From Phycisphaeraceae bacterium (GTDB lineage: Bacteria > Planctomycetota > Phycisphaerae > Phycisphaerales > Phycisphaeraceae): DNA of 24,000 bases. The translations under genes and the position numbers were made by a program. Below, piece after piece: positions 14,163 to 22,435 of the stretch. The stretch covers positions 17,470-41,469 of the forward strand of contig PAIY01000049.1 in NCBI GenBank assembly GCA_002704825.1. The letters run 5' to 3'. The notes beneath the pieces were generated by a model, which saw nothing but the letters and a program-made list of their open reading frames with translations, did not search any database and was not told the DNA's origin. Position 1 is the stretch's first letter; every line of letters begins with the position of its first letter.

Positions 14163-15731
14163 TTACTCACAAATGACTGTCGCTAGTTCGGCGTTCCCTT
14201 CGCTGGATATCTTCAGAGCTTTGGGATCGGTAATACATTTGCCGTTGACGATGTAGTTTTTGAAAGTAATGTTACTCACGGACTTTTGCCCATCGGGGCG
14301 ATCCATGCCAAAGAGCTTGGATTTCACCACGCGGTCAGCATGGATGTTTTCAATCAGCACATCGCGGACAAGTCCGACCTGAGATTCGGGTGTGCGTTTA
14401 CGGTAGTAGACATAGAAGAAATAGGTCTGCCCCTGATCGCGCTTTTTCTTGACGCGTTCAATTTCATCAAAGCCAAGGTCCTGCACGTAGAGTGTGTATT
14501 CTTCGACCCAGAGATTCTTAAAGACGATGTCATGAATATCCGCACCGTCGTAGTTGTAGATGCGGATCATTGTGTTGGCACGCAGAAAGTCGATGTTCTC
14601 AAAGGTCATGTTGGCAAACTCAGCACTATGCGTCTCAGCACCCAGTCGGATACCGGTTGCCATCTGTGACCAGAGGACACAATCGCGGATGACGAAATTT
14701 CGCGCATCGCGTCGCTGGTCTTTAAGCCAGGCACCTTTGGGGGTGATCGCATCGTCTTCAGCAAAGATCAGACAGTTCTCAACGAGCACGTCATGACAGC
14801 CATCAATGTCCAGGCCGTCGCCGTTGGAGTTGGTCATGGAACTGAAAACCTTGATGCGATCCAGATGGAGATTATCCGTTGCAACAAAATGCATGTTCCA
14901 CGAATAGGACTCACGGAAGGTGGTGTTCTTGATGGTGAGATTCTTGACGTTGACGGTGAGAAAGCAGCGGCCTGCGACTTTGCGTTTGGCTTTCTCGACT
15001 TCCCATGCCCGTCGGATCGGTCCGCCGTTGGCATCAATCATGCCATGCCCGAGGATGCGGATGTTCTGTTGATTTTCAGCCCGGATAAAATAGAGATAGC
15101 TGCCACGGAACTTGTGCAGTTTAAAATTGTCCGAGCCTTTGATCAGCGTATGGCGGTCCACGTAAAGCGTCATGTCACTTTTAAGTTCCAACGAACCTGT
15201 GCGGTAGTGGCCTGCGGGGAAATAGAGCGTGCCCCCGGTTGGCAGACCGTCGATGGCTTGCTGGAGCAGTTGCGTGTTATCCCGCTTTCCTGTGGAATCT
15301 GCCCCGATATTTTTGACATTGATGACCGACTTATTGTTAAGATCAGGAAAGTCCGGGTCGGGCAGTTGCGGGACGATCACAAGCTTGCGCATCAGGTCAA
15401 TGTTGATGACCAGGTGCCTGGGCGCGTCCATCTCAAAACTGAGATTGGCCTGTTTGATTTGGCTGGTGATGCCCAGTCGAACCGGTCTGATACGCGTTTC
15501 GGTGATGGGCTTGGCGTCCAGGCGGGTGACATTGATTTTGGCTTTACCTTGCCAGGGGAAAGTGATGTAATCCATGTCTTCATAGCTGTAAACCGTGACC
15601 GGCTTGCCATCGACGGTGACCGCATAACGTGTGCTCAGCAAGTCCTGCGTAATTGGATCTGTGGCAGCAGAAACATGAGCAACCAACAGAGATAACAGCA
15701 GGACGGAGCAATGTACTTGGCGTAAAGGCAT
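14163..15731 (-). CDS. Secreted glycoside hydrolase family 28-like protein (right-handed beta-helix, polygalacturonase/pectate-lyase-superfamily fold)
   Basis: The signal peptide is MPLRQVHCSVLLLSLLVAHVSA/AT. The N-terminal part resembles the pectate_lyase_3 domain (NVKNIGADSTGKRDNTQLLQQAIDGLPTGGTLYFPAGHYRTGSL). The GH28-like catalytic block is SNGDGLDIDGCHDVLVENCLIFAEDDAITPKG. The track start at 15953 adds 74 non-secretory residues; ATG 15731 has AAGGAA upstream. Confidence 0.85.
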   Translation of the reverse strand: MPLRQVHCSVLLLSLLVAHVSAATDPITQDLLSTRYAVTVDGKPVTVYSYEDMDYITFPWQGKAKINVTRLDAKPITETRIRPVRLGITSQIKQANLSFEMDAPRHLVINIDLMRKLVIVPQLPDPDFPDLNNKSVINVKNIGADSTGKRDNTQLLQQAIDGLPTGGTLYFPAGHYRTGSLELKSDMTLYVDRHTLIKGSDNFKLHKFRGSYLYFIRAENQQNIRILGHGMIDANGGPIRRAWEVEKAKRKVAGRCFLTVNVKNLTIKNTTFRESYSWNMHFVATDNLHLDRIKVFSSMTNSNGDGLDIDGCHDVLVENCLIFAEDDAITPKGAWLKDQRRDARNFVIRDCVLWSQMATGIRLGAETHSAEFANMTFENIDFLRANTMIRIYNYDGADIHDIVFKNLWVEEYTLYVQDLGFDEIERVKKKRDQGQTYFFYVYYRKRTPESQVGLVRDVLIENIHADRVVKSKLFGMDRPDGQKSVSNITFKNYIVNGKCITDPKALKISSEGNAELATVICE

Positions 15732-15892
15732 GCATGATTCCTTGTGAACGGATAAGATGACTTGTTTAAAAGTGTAGACAAGAAATGTTTCTTTTCTAGT
15801 CATTCGACCAATATTTCTGAACACAACACAGCCACCCTTGATCCAAGTCCCCCTGCCAAGACACGGAAACAGCCATTGATCAACCTGAATGC

Positions 15893-15957
15893 AACAAATC
15901 AAAAAAAACACTTTATTAAACAAATCATATTGTTTTAGAACAACTTGAAACAAATCA
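15893..15957. promoter_or_regulatory. Three direct AACAAATCA repeats plus a TTGTT-N4-AACAA palindrome in the divergent GH28/regulator intergenic region
   Basis: AACAAATCA occurs at 15893-15901, 15919-15927 and 15949-15957. TTGTTTTAGAACAA lies at 15930-15943. The context is AT-rich and contrasts with the flanking coding DNA. Confidence 0.45.
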
Positions 15958-16022
15958 GAACCTGGTACCTTAAAATTAATTCCCTGTGACTTGATCTGCC
16001 CAAAACGGCGGCCTAAAATTTA

Positions 16023-16037
16023 ATACAAAGTTTGTAT
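16023..16037. promoter_or_regulatory. Perfect 7-1-7 palindrome ATACAAAGTTTGTAT, a candidate operator of the adjacent GntR/AraR-type regulator
   Basis: The palindrome is read directly from the sequence. It ends 23 nt upstream of the regulator start codon (16061). Its half-site ACAAA/TTTGT is shared with the repeats at 15893-15957. Confidence 0.5.
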
Positions 16038-16060
16038 CTTTTTTAAAACAGATATTCACT

Positions 16061-17119
16061 ATGGTCAAATACAAACAAATCTCACAACTCCTGGAAAAGC
16101 GCATTCGCTATGGCGATTATGTCAGTGAAGAGTTGCCAACCGAGATGAATCTGGCGTCGGAGATTGGCGTTTCCCGGACCACCGCCCGCAAGGCGATCAT
16201 GCATCTGATTGACCGTGGCGTGCTGATGCGGGGTGAGAACGGACGTGTGCTCTGCTCTGAAGAACATGGCCAACAAACCACGCGCGTCGCCTTTCTGACG
16301 CCGGCGTGGCCGAGTTCGGAGATGCACATCTGGCGTTATGCCCTGGAACAGGCTGCAGCCAAACTCGATATCCAACTTCGGCCGATTGATTATGTCCATC
16401 CTGACGATCCTGCCATCCTTCAGGCCGCCGAAAGCTTCGATGGCATCTTCCTGCTCCCTGGCCCTGAAGCCTTCCCTCAGCCGGTGATTGATCGGCTCAA
16501 GCGATGCCCGCGTATCGTGGTGGTTGGGCAGGATTATTCATGGGCGAATTTGTTGTCGATTCACTGCTTCCCGCCTGAACATATCCGACAATTACTCGAC
16601 ATCTTCTCAGCCAGGCATCTAACACACGTGGACTTTCTGGCAGCTCAGCCCATCGGTCCAACCATGGAAGGCCGCATCGGTCAATGGTGGGCGTTTAAGC
16701 GCGATACGGGTATCACTGGTGAATTGATCACCAGTCAACTCAAGCCCTACACGATGACGGCACACAACGGCTATGAACTGATGCGCCAATATCTCAAGCA
16801 GACCCCCTGCCCGATCAAACCGGAGAATGGGCCGCATGGACTGTTGTGCGGTTCGATCAATGCATCAATCGGCGCCAGCCGGGCGGTTACCGATGCGGGA
16901 TTGAAAGTCGGCAAGGATGTGCTCATCGCAGCAATCAACGGTGAGGAAATCAACCGTTATCTCCAACCTTCCATTACATGCCTCGAATCGCGTGATGCCA
17001 GCGCGTATCTGGAAAAAAGCCTGAACTGGATCAAGCTCAAAACACAGGCATGGGACGGGCCGATCCTCATGGAGCCGGCCGCCCCGAGTTTATATATCGG
17101 CGAATCCACCGGCCATTAA
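16061..17119 (+). CDS. AraR-type transcriptional regulator (GntR-family winged HTH plus a LacI/PBP1-like sugar-binding domain)
   Basis: The N-terminus YKQISQLLEKRIRYGDYVSEELPTEMNLASEIGVSRTTARKAIMHLIDRGVL is a GntR HTH. The roughly 270-aa C-terminal region has the periplasmic-binding-protein pattern (RVAFLTP..., DGIFLLP..., IVVVGQD..., LIAAING). Confidence 0.85.
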   Translation: MVKYKQISQLLEKRIRYGDYVSEELPTEMNLASEIGVSRTTARKAIMHLIDRGVLMRGENGRVLCSEEHGQQTTRVAFLTPAWPSSEMHIWRYALEQAAAKLDIQLRPIDYVHPDDPAILQAAESFDGIFLLPGPEAFPQPVIDRLKRCPRIVVVGQDYSWANLLSIHCFPPEHIRQLLDIFSARHLTHVDFLAAQPIGPTMEGRIGQWWAFKRDTGITGELITSQLKPYTMTAHNGYELMRQYLKQTPCPIKPENGPHGLLCGSINASIGASRAVTDAGLKVGKDVLIAAINGEEINRYLQPSITCLESRDASAYLEKSLNWIKLKTQAWDGPILMEPAAPSLYIGESTGH

Positions 17120-17218
17120 GTGCGGTGTCTGTTAGACGTCTGAACATTGCGTCCGTTTTGTTGCTCCAAAGAGCTGACATGACGCAAGCACGACAATCCT
17201 CCATCCAGGAGATTGAAC

Positions 17219-17962
17219 ATGACACACATGACACGTTCACAAAGCGCCTTCACACTCATTGAATTGCTGGTGGTCATCTCGATTATTTCCATTCTCGTTG
17301 CCATTCTCCTGCCGGCCTTGGCCAAGGCACGATCCAGTGCGCGCATGGCACAGTGTCTTTCAAACATTCGCTCAAGCGCCCTGGTGATCACCGTCTACTC
17401 CAACGACTACAACAGTTGGACCATGAAAATGTATAACGCTGATTGGGATCCTTTCTCGGGAACCACTTCAGACCGATACTGGCCTGCACCACTGGGCATG
17501 GGCAACTACCTGCCTTATTTCCCGGAAAAAGGCAACGGCTACGGCACGGTCTGCCCCGATGCCATTACCAGTAAAGCACGCATCGGCACTTTCAATGACA
17601 TCCTCAACAGTTACACCATGCGCGGTGTCGACAAGATGAACACCACAACCAAAATCGCCACCAACTTCCGACTCGGTGGCTATATCACCAACAACGGTAA
17701 TGCCACAGGCGGCTACGATCCGGAACAACTCGAAGAAGGTCCCAGTGATTCAGTATGGCTATTTGATGGCTGTGCGCATGTCGGCAGCGGTGTCTATGCG
17801 TTGCATGCAGGTGTGGACAAGGGCAACTTCGGACCCTGGCATGATGGTCGGGGCAGTGTCGTGTTCTTTGATGGTCATGCTACGGTCGCGCTGCGCCGAT
17901 TCGATTATCTTTACAAGTCGCGCGATCCCAACGGCGTGAACAGTGTCATCATGGAAGACTGA
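17219..17962 (+). CDS. Prepilin-type N-terminal cleavage/methylation domain protein with an H-X9-DG motif (DUF1559-like pseudopilin paralog)
   Basis: [38 protein letters not shown] is a pilin-type leader and helix. The C-terminal WHDGRGSVVFFDGHATV is an exact H-X9-DG. AGGAG (17207-17211) lies 7 nt upstream of ATG 17219. The track start at 17213 is TTG. Confidence 0.9.
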   Translation: MTHMTRSQSAFTLIELLVVISIISILVAILLPALAKARSSARMAQCLSNIRSSALVITVYSNDYNSWTMKMYNADWDPFSGTTSDRYWPAPLGMGNYLPYFPEKGNGYGTVCPDAITSKARIGTFNDILNSYTMRGVDKMNTTTKIATNFRLGGYITNNGNATGGYDPEQLEEGPSDSVWLFDGCAHVGSGVYALHAGVDKGNFGPWHDGRGSVVFFDGHATVALRRFDYLYKSRDPNGVNSVIMED

Positions 17963-18016
17963 TCCTGATCAGCTTCGAGACAGCATCTTACTTAAACGCA
18001 ATGAACACCAAACAAC

Positions 18017-19648
18017 TCAGTGAATAAACCGGACATCGCCGAAGTTGGGGATGATGCCCGGGCCGGTGGCCTTGATGCGATGCGGTGCCGGGAAGTAGAC
18101 GAAGAAAGCTTTGCCAATCATCAGTTCGCGAGGCACCACGCCGGTGACCTGGTTCTTGTCGCTCAGAAAACGCTCTTCAATCCAGGGATTCACATTCGGC
18201 CAATAGCGACTATCCATACTGAATGGGCTGTTATCACCAAGGCAGAAAAATTGATCCGACTCAAGTTTAACCGGATCACCTTCCCGAGGAACCGTGCGCT
18301 TGTACATGCCCCCCAAAGCGTCTTTGTGATTGTTGGGACTTGAGGAATAGTAGATGTCACGATCCAGATCCAGCTGTGTGATTAAGGCGGATGCCCCCGC
18401 GATTCGCACGGACGTCGTCGGGTAAACCGGTGGGTTGGGTCGACTGATTAACGTCTCCAATGGCACATCGTATTGCCAAGTCAACGCCTTGCGACCATCA
18501 ATCCAGAGACTGACTTCCTGATCCACAAACCAGAACTCAAACTGATGAGCGCGATTGAGTTTCACAGGCGCCATGCTGCCACTGGCACGGGTTGTCCAGA
18601 CCTGCGTCAGCGGGTCAACCGTATCGGCGGTGGCAATCTGAATCGTCCCGTCTTTGGCCAACGTCGCACGAATTGGAACAGGCCGGACATCATCAATACG
18701 CCCGGTGGTCTGGAAGGTCAGCTCAACCGGCCCGTTTTTATCTGGTGTCACCTGCGAGCGAGCCAGGCTCATCACCACGCGGATGTCTTCAATTGGTTCG
18801 ACTTGGTTGGAACGATTGGCATTGAGTTGGCCATACGGATACCAACCAACAGAACGTCCAAAGTAATCGACCTGGCTATCGATCATCTGCTGATAATTGA
18901 AGGACAGTTCGACGGGCTGACTGCCGTCGTAGTCCAGGAAGGTGCGATGGGTTCGGGTGAGTGTTTGCTGTTGGCGGGTTTGCCAGGGAAACTTCCATTG
19001 GTACATGGCGCGGCGATCGGTGGTGATCTGCCCTTGATCCAATGGGTAAAACGCGCTGTGATACACTGGCTGAAAGACAGTTCGTTGGACAATCTCACGC
19101 GAGGTCTTGCGTTGAATCTGCCAGGGGTCGGACTCCTGGGCATTGAGGGGTTGGGTGAAGATATTGCCATCAATAATGAAGAGTTTTTCCTCAGGCAAAC
19201 CGACCAGACGTTTGATGTAGTTCTCCGTGGGTGTCCCCGGGAACTTGAAGACGACAACGTCCCATCGTTTGGGTTCGGTGATGTTGTAGATGAACTTGTG
19301 GACGAGGATGCGGTCACCGGGATGGTTCTGCGTCTGCGTGTTGGACTTGACCGGGAAGGAACACATCGGGCAGGTGATGGTGACATTGCTCAGGCTGTAT
19401 TCCGGATCCACGGGTGAAGCACTGGAGTGCTGGAGGTCAGCACTGAACCGGTAGCCACACTGTGGGCAGGTGACGTCGGCATGTTGCCCCAGCAGTGTCG
19501 GGGCCATCGAGCCGGTGGGTATGACAAAGGCTTCCACGACAAAGGCACGGAAGACAAAAGCGAGAATGAAAGCCATGACAATCGACTCGAACGTTTCCTT
19601 GAACGATTCGGAGGGCTTGTCATCTTTTTTCGTGGCGGTGTGCTTCAT
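18017..19648 (-). CDS. lepB: Signal peptidase I (S26 family) with a zinc-ribbon-like insert and an enlarged non-catalytic domain
   Basis: Box B is IPTGSMAPTLLG (catalytic Ser) and box C is GDRILVHKF...RWDVVVFKFP. Box D is YIKRLVGLPEE (catalytic Lys) and box E is GDNSPFSMDSRYW. CPQCGYRF...(27 aa)...CPMC lies between boxes B and C. About 300 aa lie between boxes D and E. I chose the start at MKHTATKKDD (19648); the track start at 19747 adds 33 residues. Confidence 0.9.
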   Translation of the reverse strand: MKHTATKKDDKPSESFKETFESIVMAFILAFVFRAFVVEAFVIPTGSMAPTLLGQHADVTCPQCGYRFSADLQHSSASPVDPEYSLSNVTITCPMCSFPVKSNTQTQNHPGDRILVHKFIYNITEPKRWDVVVFKFPGTPTENYIKRLVGLPEEKLFIIDGNIFTQPLNAQESDPWQIQRKTSREIVQRTVFQPVYHSAFYPLDQGQITTDRRAMYQWKFPWQTRQQQTLTRTHRTFLDYDGSQPVELSFNYQQMIDSQVDYFGRSVGWYPYGQLNANRSNQVEPIEDIRVVMSLARSQVTPDKNGPVELTFQTTGRIDDVRPVPIRATLAKDGTIQIATADTVDPLTQVWTTRASGSMAPVKLNRAHQFEFWFVDQEVSLWIDGRKALTWQYDVPLETLISRPNPPVYPTTSVRIAGASALITQLDLDRDIYYSSSPNNHKDALGGMYKRTVPREGDPVKLESDQFFCLGDNSPFSMDSRYWPNVNPWIEERFLSDKNQVTGVVPRELMIGKAFFVYFPAPHRIKATGPGIIPNFGDVRFIH

Positions 19649-19899
19649 GGGGTCTAAATTATTTCGTGCCTGTGGAACCTCATTGCCATATCGGGGAGGG
19701 CAAATCTCCATGTCAACCGTCTGAAGTCCGACTGAGGCGCGGGGCAAATCATCAACAGTGTGATTCGTCCGTTATCAGCCGGTCTCCCGGTCAACCCAAA
19801 CATTGTACAGACCTTGGCGGCCTGAGGTTGCCAAGCGGGTCATTTGCGGCTAAAAAGTACACTTACAAACCGCTGTTTACACCTATTTTGGACTCCGAC

Positions 19900-21129
19900 A
19901 TGAGTGCACAGTTTATTGCCAGCCTGATCATCATGCTCGTGATGCTTCACGTGTTCCTGGGCTCGATCTCCTACCTGATCCTGCTCGAACGCAAAGTCGC
20001 ATCATGGATTCAACACCGCCTTGGCCCCAACCGAACCGGTCTGCCCTACGGTGCCTTTATCCCCGGTCTTCCCAAAACACTTTGGGGACTGGGCCAGCCC
20101 ATCGCAGACGCCATTAAGAACTTCCTCAAGGAAGACTTCATCGCTCCCGGTGCAGACCGCATCCTATTTATCATCGCACCAGGCCTGGCATTGATCCCCG
20201 CATTGGTCGGCTGGATCATTGTCCCCTTCGGCGGATACCTGCACTTTAACGGCACGGACCTGTTGATGGGTGGCGCACCACTGAACATCGGCATCATCTT
20301 CGTCCTGGCGACCGGATCACTGGCGGTCTACGGCGTCGTCCTCGGCGGCTTTGCTTCCAACAACAAGTATTCCTTCCTCGGTGGTATGCGTGCAACCGCA
20401 CAAATGGTCAGCTACGAAATCCCGCTGGGCATGACGATTCTCACCATCATCCTCATGTACGGTACAGCCCGTGCAGACTATCTCATCGAGTTTCAGGCAG
20501 GCGGTGTGTGGAACATTATCTACCAACCCGTCCTTGCCATGATGTTTTACATCTGCGGTCTTGCTGAGTGTAACCGTGCACCGTTTGACCTTGCTGAATG
20601 TGAACAGGAACTCGTCGGCGGCTTCCACACTGAATACTCGTCGATGAAATTCGCCCTGTTTTTCATGGGTGAATACTTCCACATGATCACCAGTGCAGCC
20701 ATCTTCAGCCTGCTGTTCCTTGGTGGCTGGGACATCATCCCCTTCGTCAAACTCCTGCCTGCAATGGGTGAGCAGACCACGCTCCTCTGGGGCATCATCG
20801 CCGTGCTTCTGAAGATCGGTGTCTTCTGCGGCAAGATCACATTCCTGATCTTCCTGGCCATGGTCATTCGCTGGTCCCTGCCGCGTTTCCGCTTCGACCA
20901 ACTCATGCGTCTTGCCTGGCAGAGCCTGATTCCCATCAGCCTGATGATGCTGATCATGACCGGCCTGGTGGTCTTCTTCGGACTCAATCGCTGGTGGTTG
21001 CTGCCGGGTAACTTCCTGGTGGTCGGCATTGTGTATGTCCTGATGCCCTACATGCCCAAAGGCCCCAACGTCAACCGCCGCGTCCCACTGGAAGGCTCGC
21101 GCTTCTGCCCACCGGTTGCTGAAGCGTAA
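19900..21129 (+). CDS. nuoH: NADH-quinone oxidoreductase subunit H (NuoH/ND1 family)
   Basis: MSAQFIASLIIMLVMLHVFLGSISYLILLERKVASWIQHRLGPNRTG...GQPIADAIKNFLKED...YSFLGGMRATAQMVSYEIP...CNRAPFDLAECEQELVGGFHTEYS...LPRFRFDQLM matches NuoH along its length. The track start at 19666 adds 78 non-membrane residues. Confidence 0.92.
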   Translation: MSAQFIASLIIMLVMLHVFLGSISYLILLERKVASWIQHRLGPNRTGLPYGAFIPGLPKTLWGLGQPIADAIKNFLKEDFIAPGADRILFIIAPGLALIPALVGWIIVPFGGYLHFNGTDLLMGGAPLNIGIIFVLATGSLAVYGVVLGGFASNNKYSFLGGMRATAQMVSYEIPLGMTILTIILMYGTARADYLIEFQAGGVWNIIYQPVLAMMFYICGLAECNRAPFDLAECEQELVGGFHTEYSSMKFALFFMGEYFHMITSAAIFSLLFLGGWDIIPFVKLLPAMGEQTTLLWGIIAVLLKIGVFCGKITFLIFLAMVIRWSLPRFRFDQLMRLAWQSLIPISLMMLIMTGLVVFFGLNRWWLLPGNFLVVGIVYVLMPYMPKGPNVNRRVPLEGSRFCPPVAEA

Positions 21130-21169
21130 GACACTTGCCGGAGTCCCGGAAGTTCAACAACACGAAACT

Positions 21170-21204
21170 AAAACGCTGCTCAATACGGGCAGCGTTTTTT
21201 ATTT
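21170..21204 (+). terminator. Rho-independent terminator of nuoH
   Basis: The stem pairs AAACGCTGC (21171-21179) with GCAGCGTTT (21189-21197). A T-run extends to about 21204. Confidence 0.85.
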
Positions 21205-21269
21205 GTCATTTTTCGCATACACTCAATATGACATCAACTGCACAACGCACCTGTTGTATTGGATCAGCC

Positions 21270-22295
21270 ATGTACTGCCCCCTTATCCATCTGCGATTGC
21301 ACACTTCCGGATACCCGGTGGCAATGCTGCTGGTACTGCTGCTGGCTGGATGCATGCAGGCTCAAACGCAACGTATCTGTGCTGGTGTCCCCGAGCCGGG
21401 CAAGACAATGCTGCTCGTGGGACAGGACGTGCAGTCCATCGATGCGTATCTGAAACAGGTCGATCCAAACCCCGCGGGACTGATGCTCTACACCGATCTT
21501 CGCACACTCTCAGGGCTCCAACGTCCGGCGGATGACGGGGCAGGTCAACGCCATGCTGCACACTTCACACAAAACCCCGCGTGTGATCACATGGTCTTCC
21601 AACTGGGCCTGTACCTGGTCGACGACCTTCTAAACATTACCTCCGGCAAACGTGACAAGCAGATCGTCAAACTCGGCCAATGGATCAACTCGGTCAAACG
21701 CCCTGTCTACCTGCGGATCGGCTATGAATTTGACGGCCCATGGAATCACTACCAACCGGATCACTACATCCATGCCTATCGCCACATCGTCGACATCATG
21801 CGTCGCCAGCCGGTCACCAACGTCGCCTATGTCTGGGCTTCGGCAGCAGTGCCCACCTATCAGTCCCACCCCATCGATGCCTGGTATCCCGGCGATGACT
21901 ACGTCGACTGGATTGGCTTGAGCGTCTTCCAGCAACCAGCCGGCACACTGGGCACCATGGATGATATCCACCGACTCTGCCAATTCGCACAAGCAAAAAA
22001 ACGCCCCATCGGCATCATGGAATCAACCCCCTATGGCAGCATCGGAGGTATTGCTGACCGTCAATGGGATCAATGGTTCAAGCCTGTCTTCAAACTCATC
22101 GAACAGTACGACATCGCCATGTTCTGCTATATCAACGCCAACTGGCAAAGCCAACGCATGTGGACCAACCAGGGATGGGGAGACTCCCGCCTGCAAGGCA
22201 ACCCTTCAATCCTCCAACGCTGGCTCAAACAAACCACGCAACCACGCTATCTCCATGCAACAGACGATCTCTTGGCTGAACTCAAATGCAAGTGA
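21270..22295 (+). CDS. Glycoside hydrolase family 26-like lipoprotein (clan GH-A, beta-mannanase-like)
   Basis: The lipoprotein signal is ...VAMLLVLLLAGC/MQ. GH26-type blocks are LRIGYEFDGPWNHY (acid/base Glu region), DAWYPGDDYVDWIGLSVF and PIGIMESTPYG (nucleophile Glu region). The start must lie after the nuoH terminator. Candidates are ATG 21228, 21270 and the Met of MLLVLLLAGC, so the start is uncertain. Confidence 0.8.
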   Translation: MYCPLIHLRLHTSGYPVAMLLVLLLAGCMQAQTQRICAGVPEPGKTMLLVGQDVQSIDAYLKQVDPNPAGLMLYTDLRTLSGLQRPADDGAGQRHAAHFTQNPACDHMVFQLGLYLVDDLLNITSGKRDKQIVKLGQWINSVKRPVYLRIGYEFDGPWNHYQPDHYIHAYRHIVDIMRRQPVTNVAYVWASAAVPTYQSHPIDAWYPGDDYVDWIGLSVFQQPAGTLGTMDDIHRLCQFAQAKKRPIGIMESTPYGSIGGIADRQWDQWFKPVFKLIEQYDIAMFCYINANWQSQRMWTNQGWGDSRLQGNPSILQRWLKQTTQPRYLHATDDLLAELKCK

Positions 22296-22334
22296 TCACG
22301 CCAGATGACTGACAAAATTCATGATGCCTTAGCT

Positions 22335-22354
22335 AGCCGGATCGTGTCGATCCG
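22335..22354. repeat. Third copy of the intergenic palindromic repeat (AGCCGGATCGTGTCGATCCG)
   Basis: These 20 nt are identical to the reverse complement of 5384-5403. They contain the hairpin CGGATCG-TGT-CGATCCG. Confidence 0.75.
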
Positions 22355-22390
22355 AGTAGAGCGAAGCTCTATTGTCGGCGGTAAATTTAT

Positions 22391-22428
22391 AAGTCAATTA
22401 TTGACTTTTAAATCAATCAGCCTAAACT
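22391..22428 (+). promoter_or_regulatory. Perfect 8-1-8 palindrome AAGTCAATTATTGACTT overlapping a candidate promoter (TTGACT-N16-TAAACT) of the XRE-ACP operon
   Basis: The palindrome spans 22391-22407. The -35-like TTGACT lies at 22401-22406 and the -10-like TAAACT at 22423-22428. The ATG at 22436 lies only about 7 nt after the -10 and has no SD, which would fit a leaderless or near-leaderless mRNA. Confidence 0.5.
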
Positions 22429-22435
22429 GTCTTTC

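Noticed and set aside
14793-15695. 300-aa + strand ORF opposite the GH28-like gene (also 14286..14669, 14560..14796, 15229..15570 and minus-strand out-of-frame ORFs)
   Set aside because: These are antisense shadows of a gene with clear GH28/pectate-lyase-fold motifs.
15732-15953. Upstream 74 codons of track ORF 14163..15953
   Set aside because: This AT-rich segment encodes MFQVVLKQYDLFNKVFFLICC..., which is not secretory. A proper signal peptide starts at Met 15731, so the upstream part is better read as the promoter/operator region.
18473-19417. 314-aa + strand ORF opposite lepB, and related ORFs (18020..18343, 18592..18825, 18654..18866, 18883..19386, 19390..19623, 19427..19657, 19470..19724)
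   Set aside because: They lie antisense to or out of frame with the signal peptidase I gene, which has all its catalytic boxes.
19666-19899. 78-codon 5' extension of nuoH in the track, and the 33-codon extension of lepB (19649-19747)
   Set aside because: The two extensions would overlap each other in the divergent promoter region. They encode non-membrane, Arg/Pro-rich sequence. Conserved N-termini begin at MSAQFIASL (19900) and MKHTATKK (19648).
20317-21029. Minus-strand ORFs 20317..20901 (194 aa), 20547..21029 (160 aa) and 20046..20297 inside nuoH
   Set aside because: These are antisense shadows of a polytopic membrane protein gene, with a charged composition unlike real proteins.
21116-21535. 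Track ORFs 21116..21535 and the 21135 start of the GH26-like ORF, which span the nuoH terminator
   Set aside because: A strong intrinsic terminator (21170-21204) lies inside them, so the GH26-like gene must start downstream, at 21228 or later.
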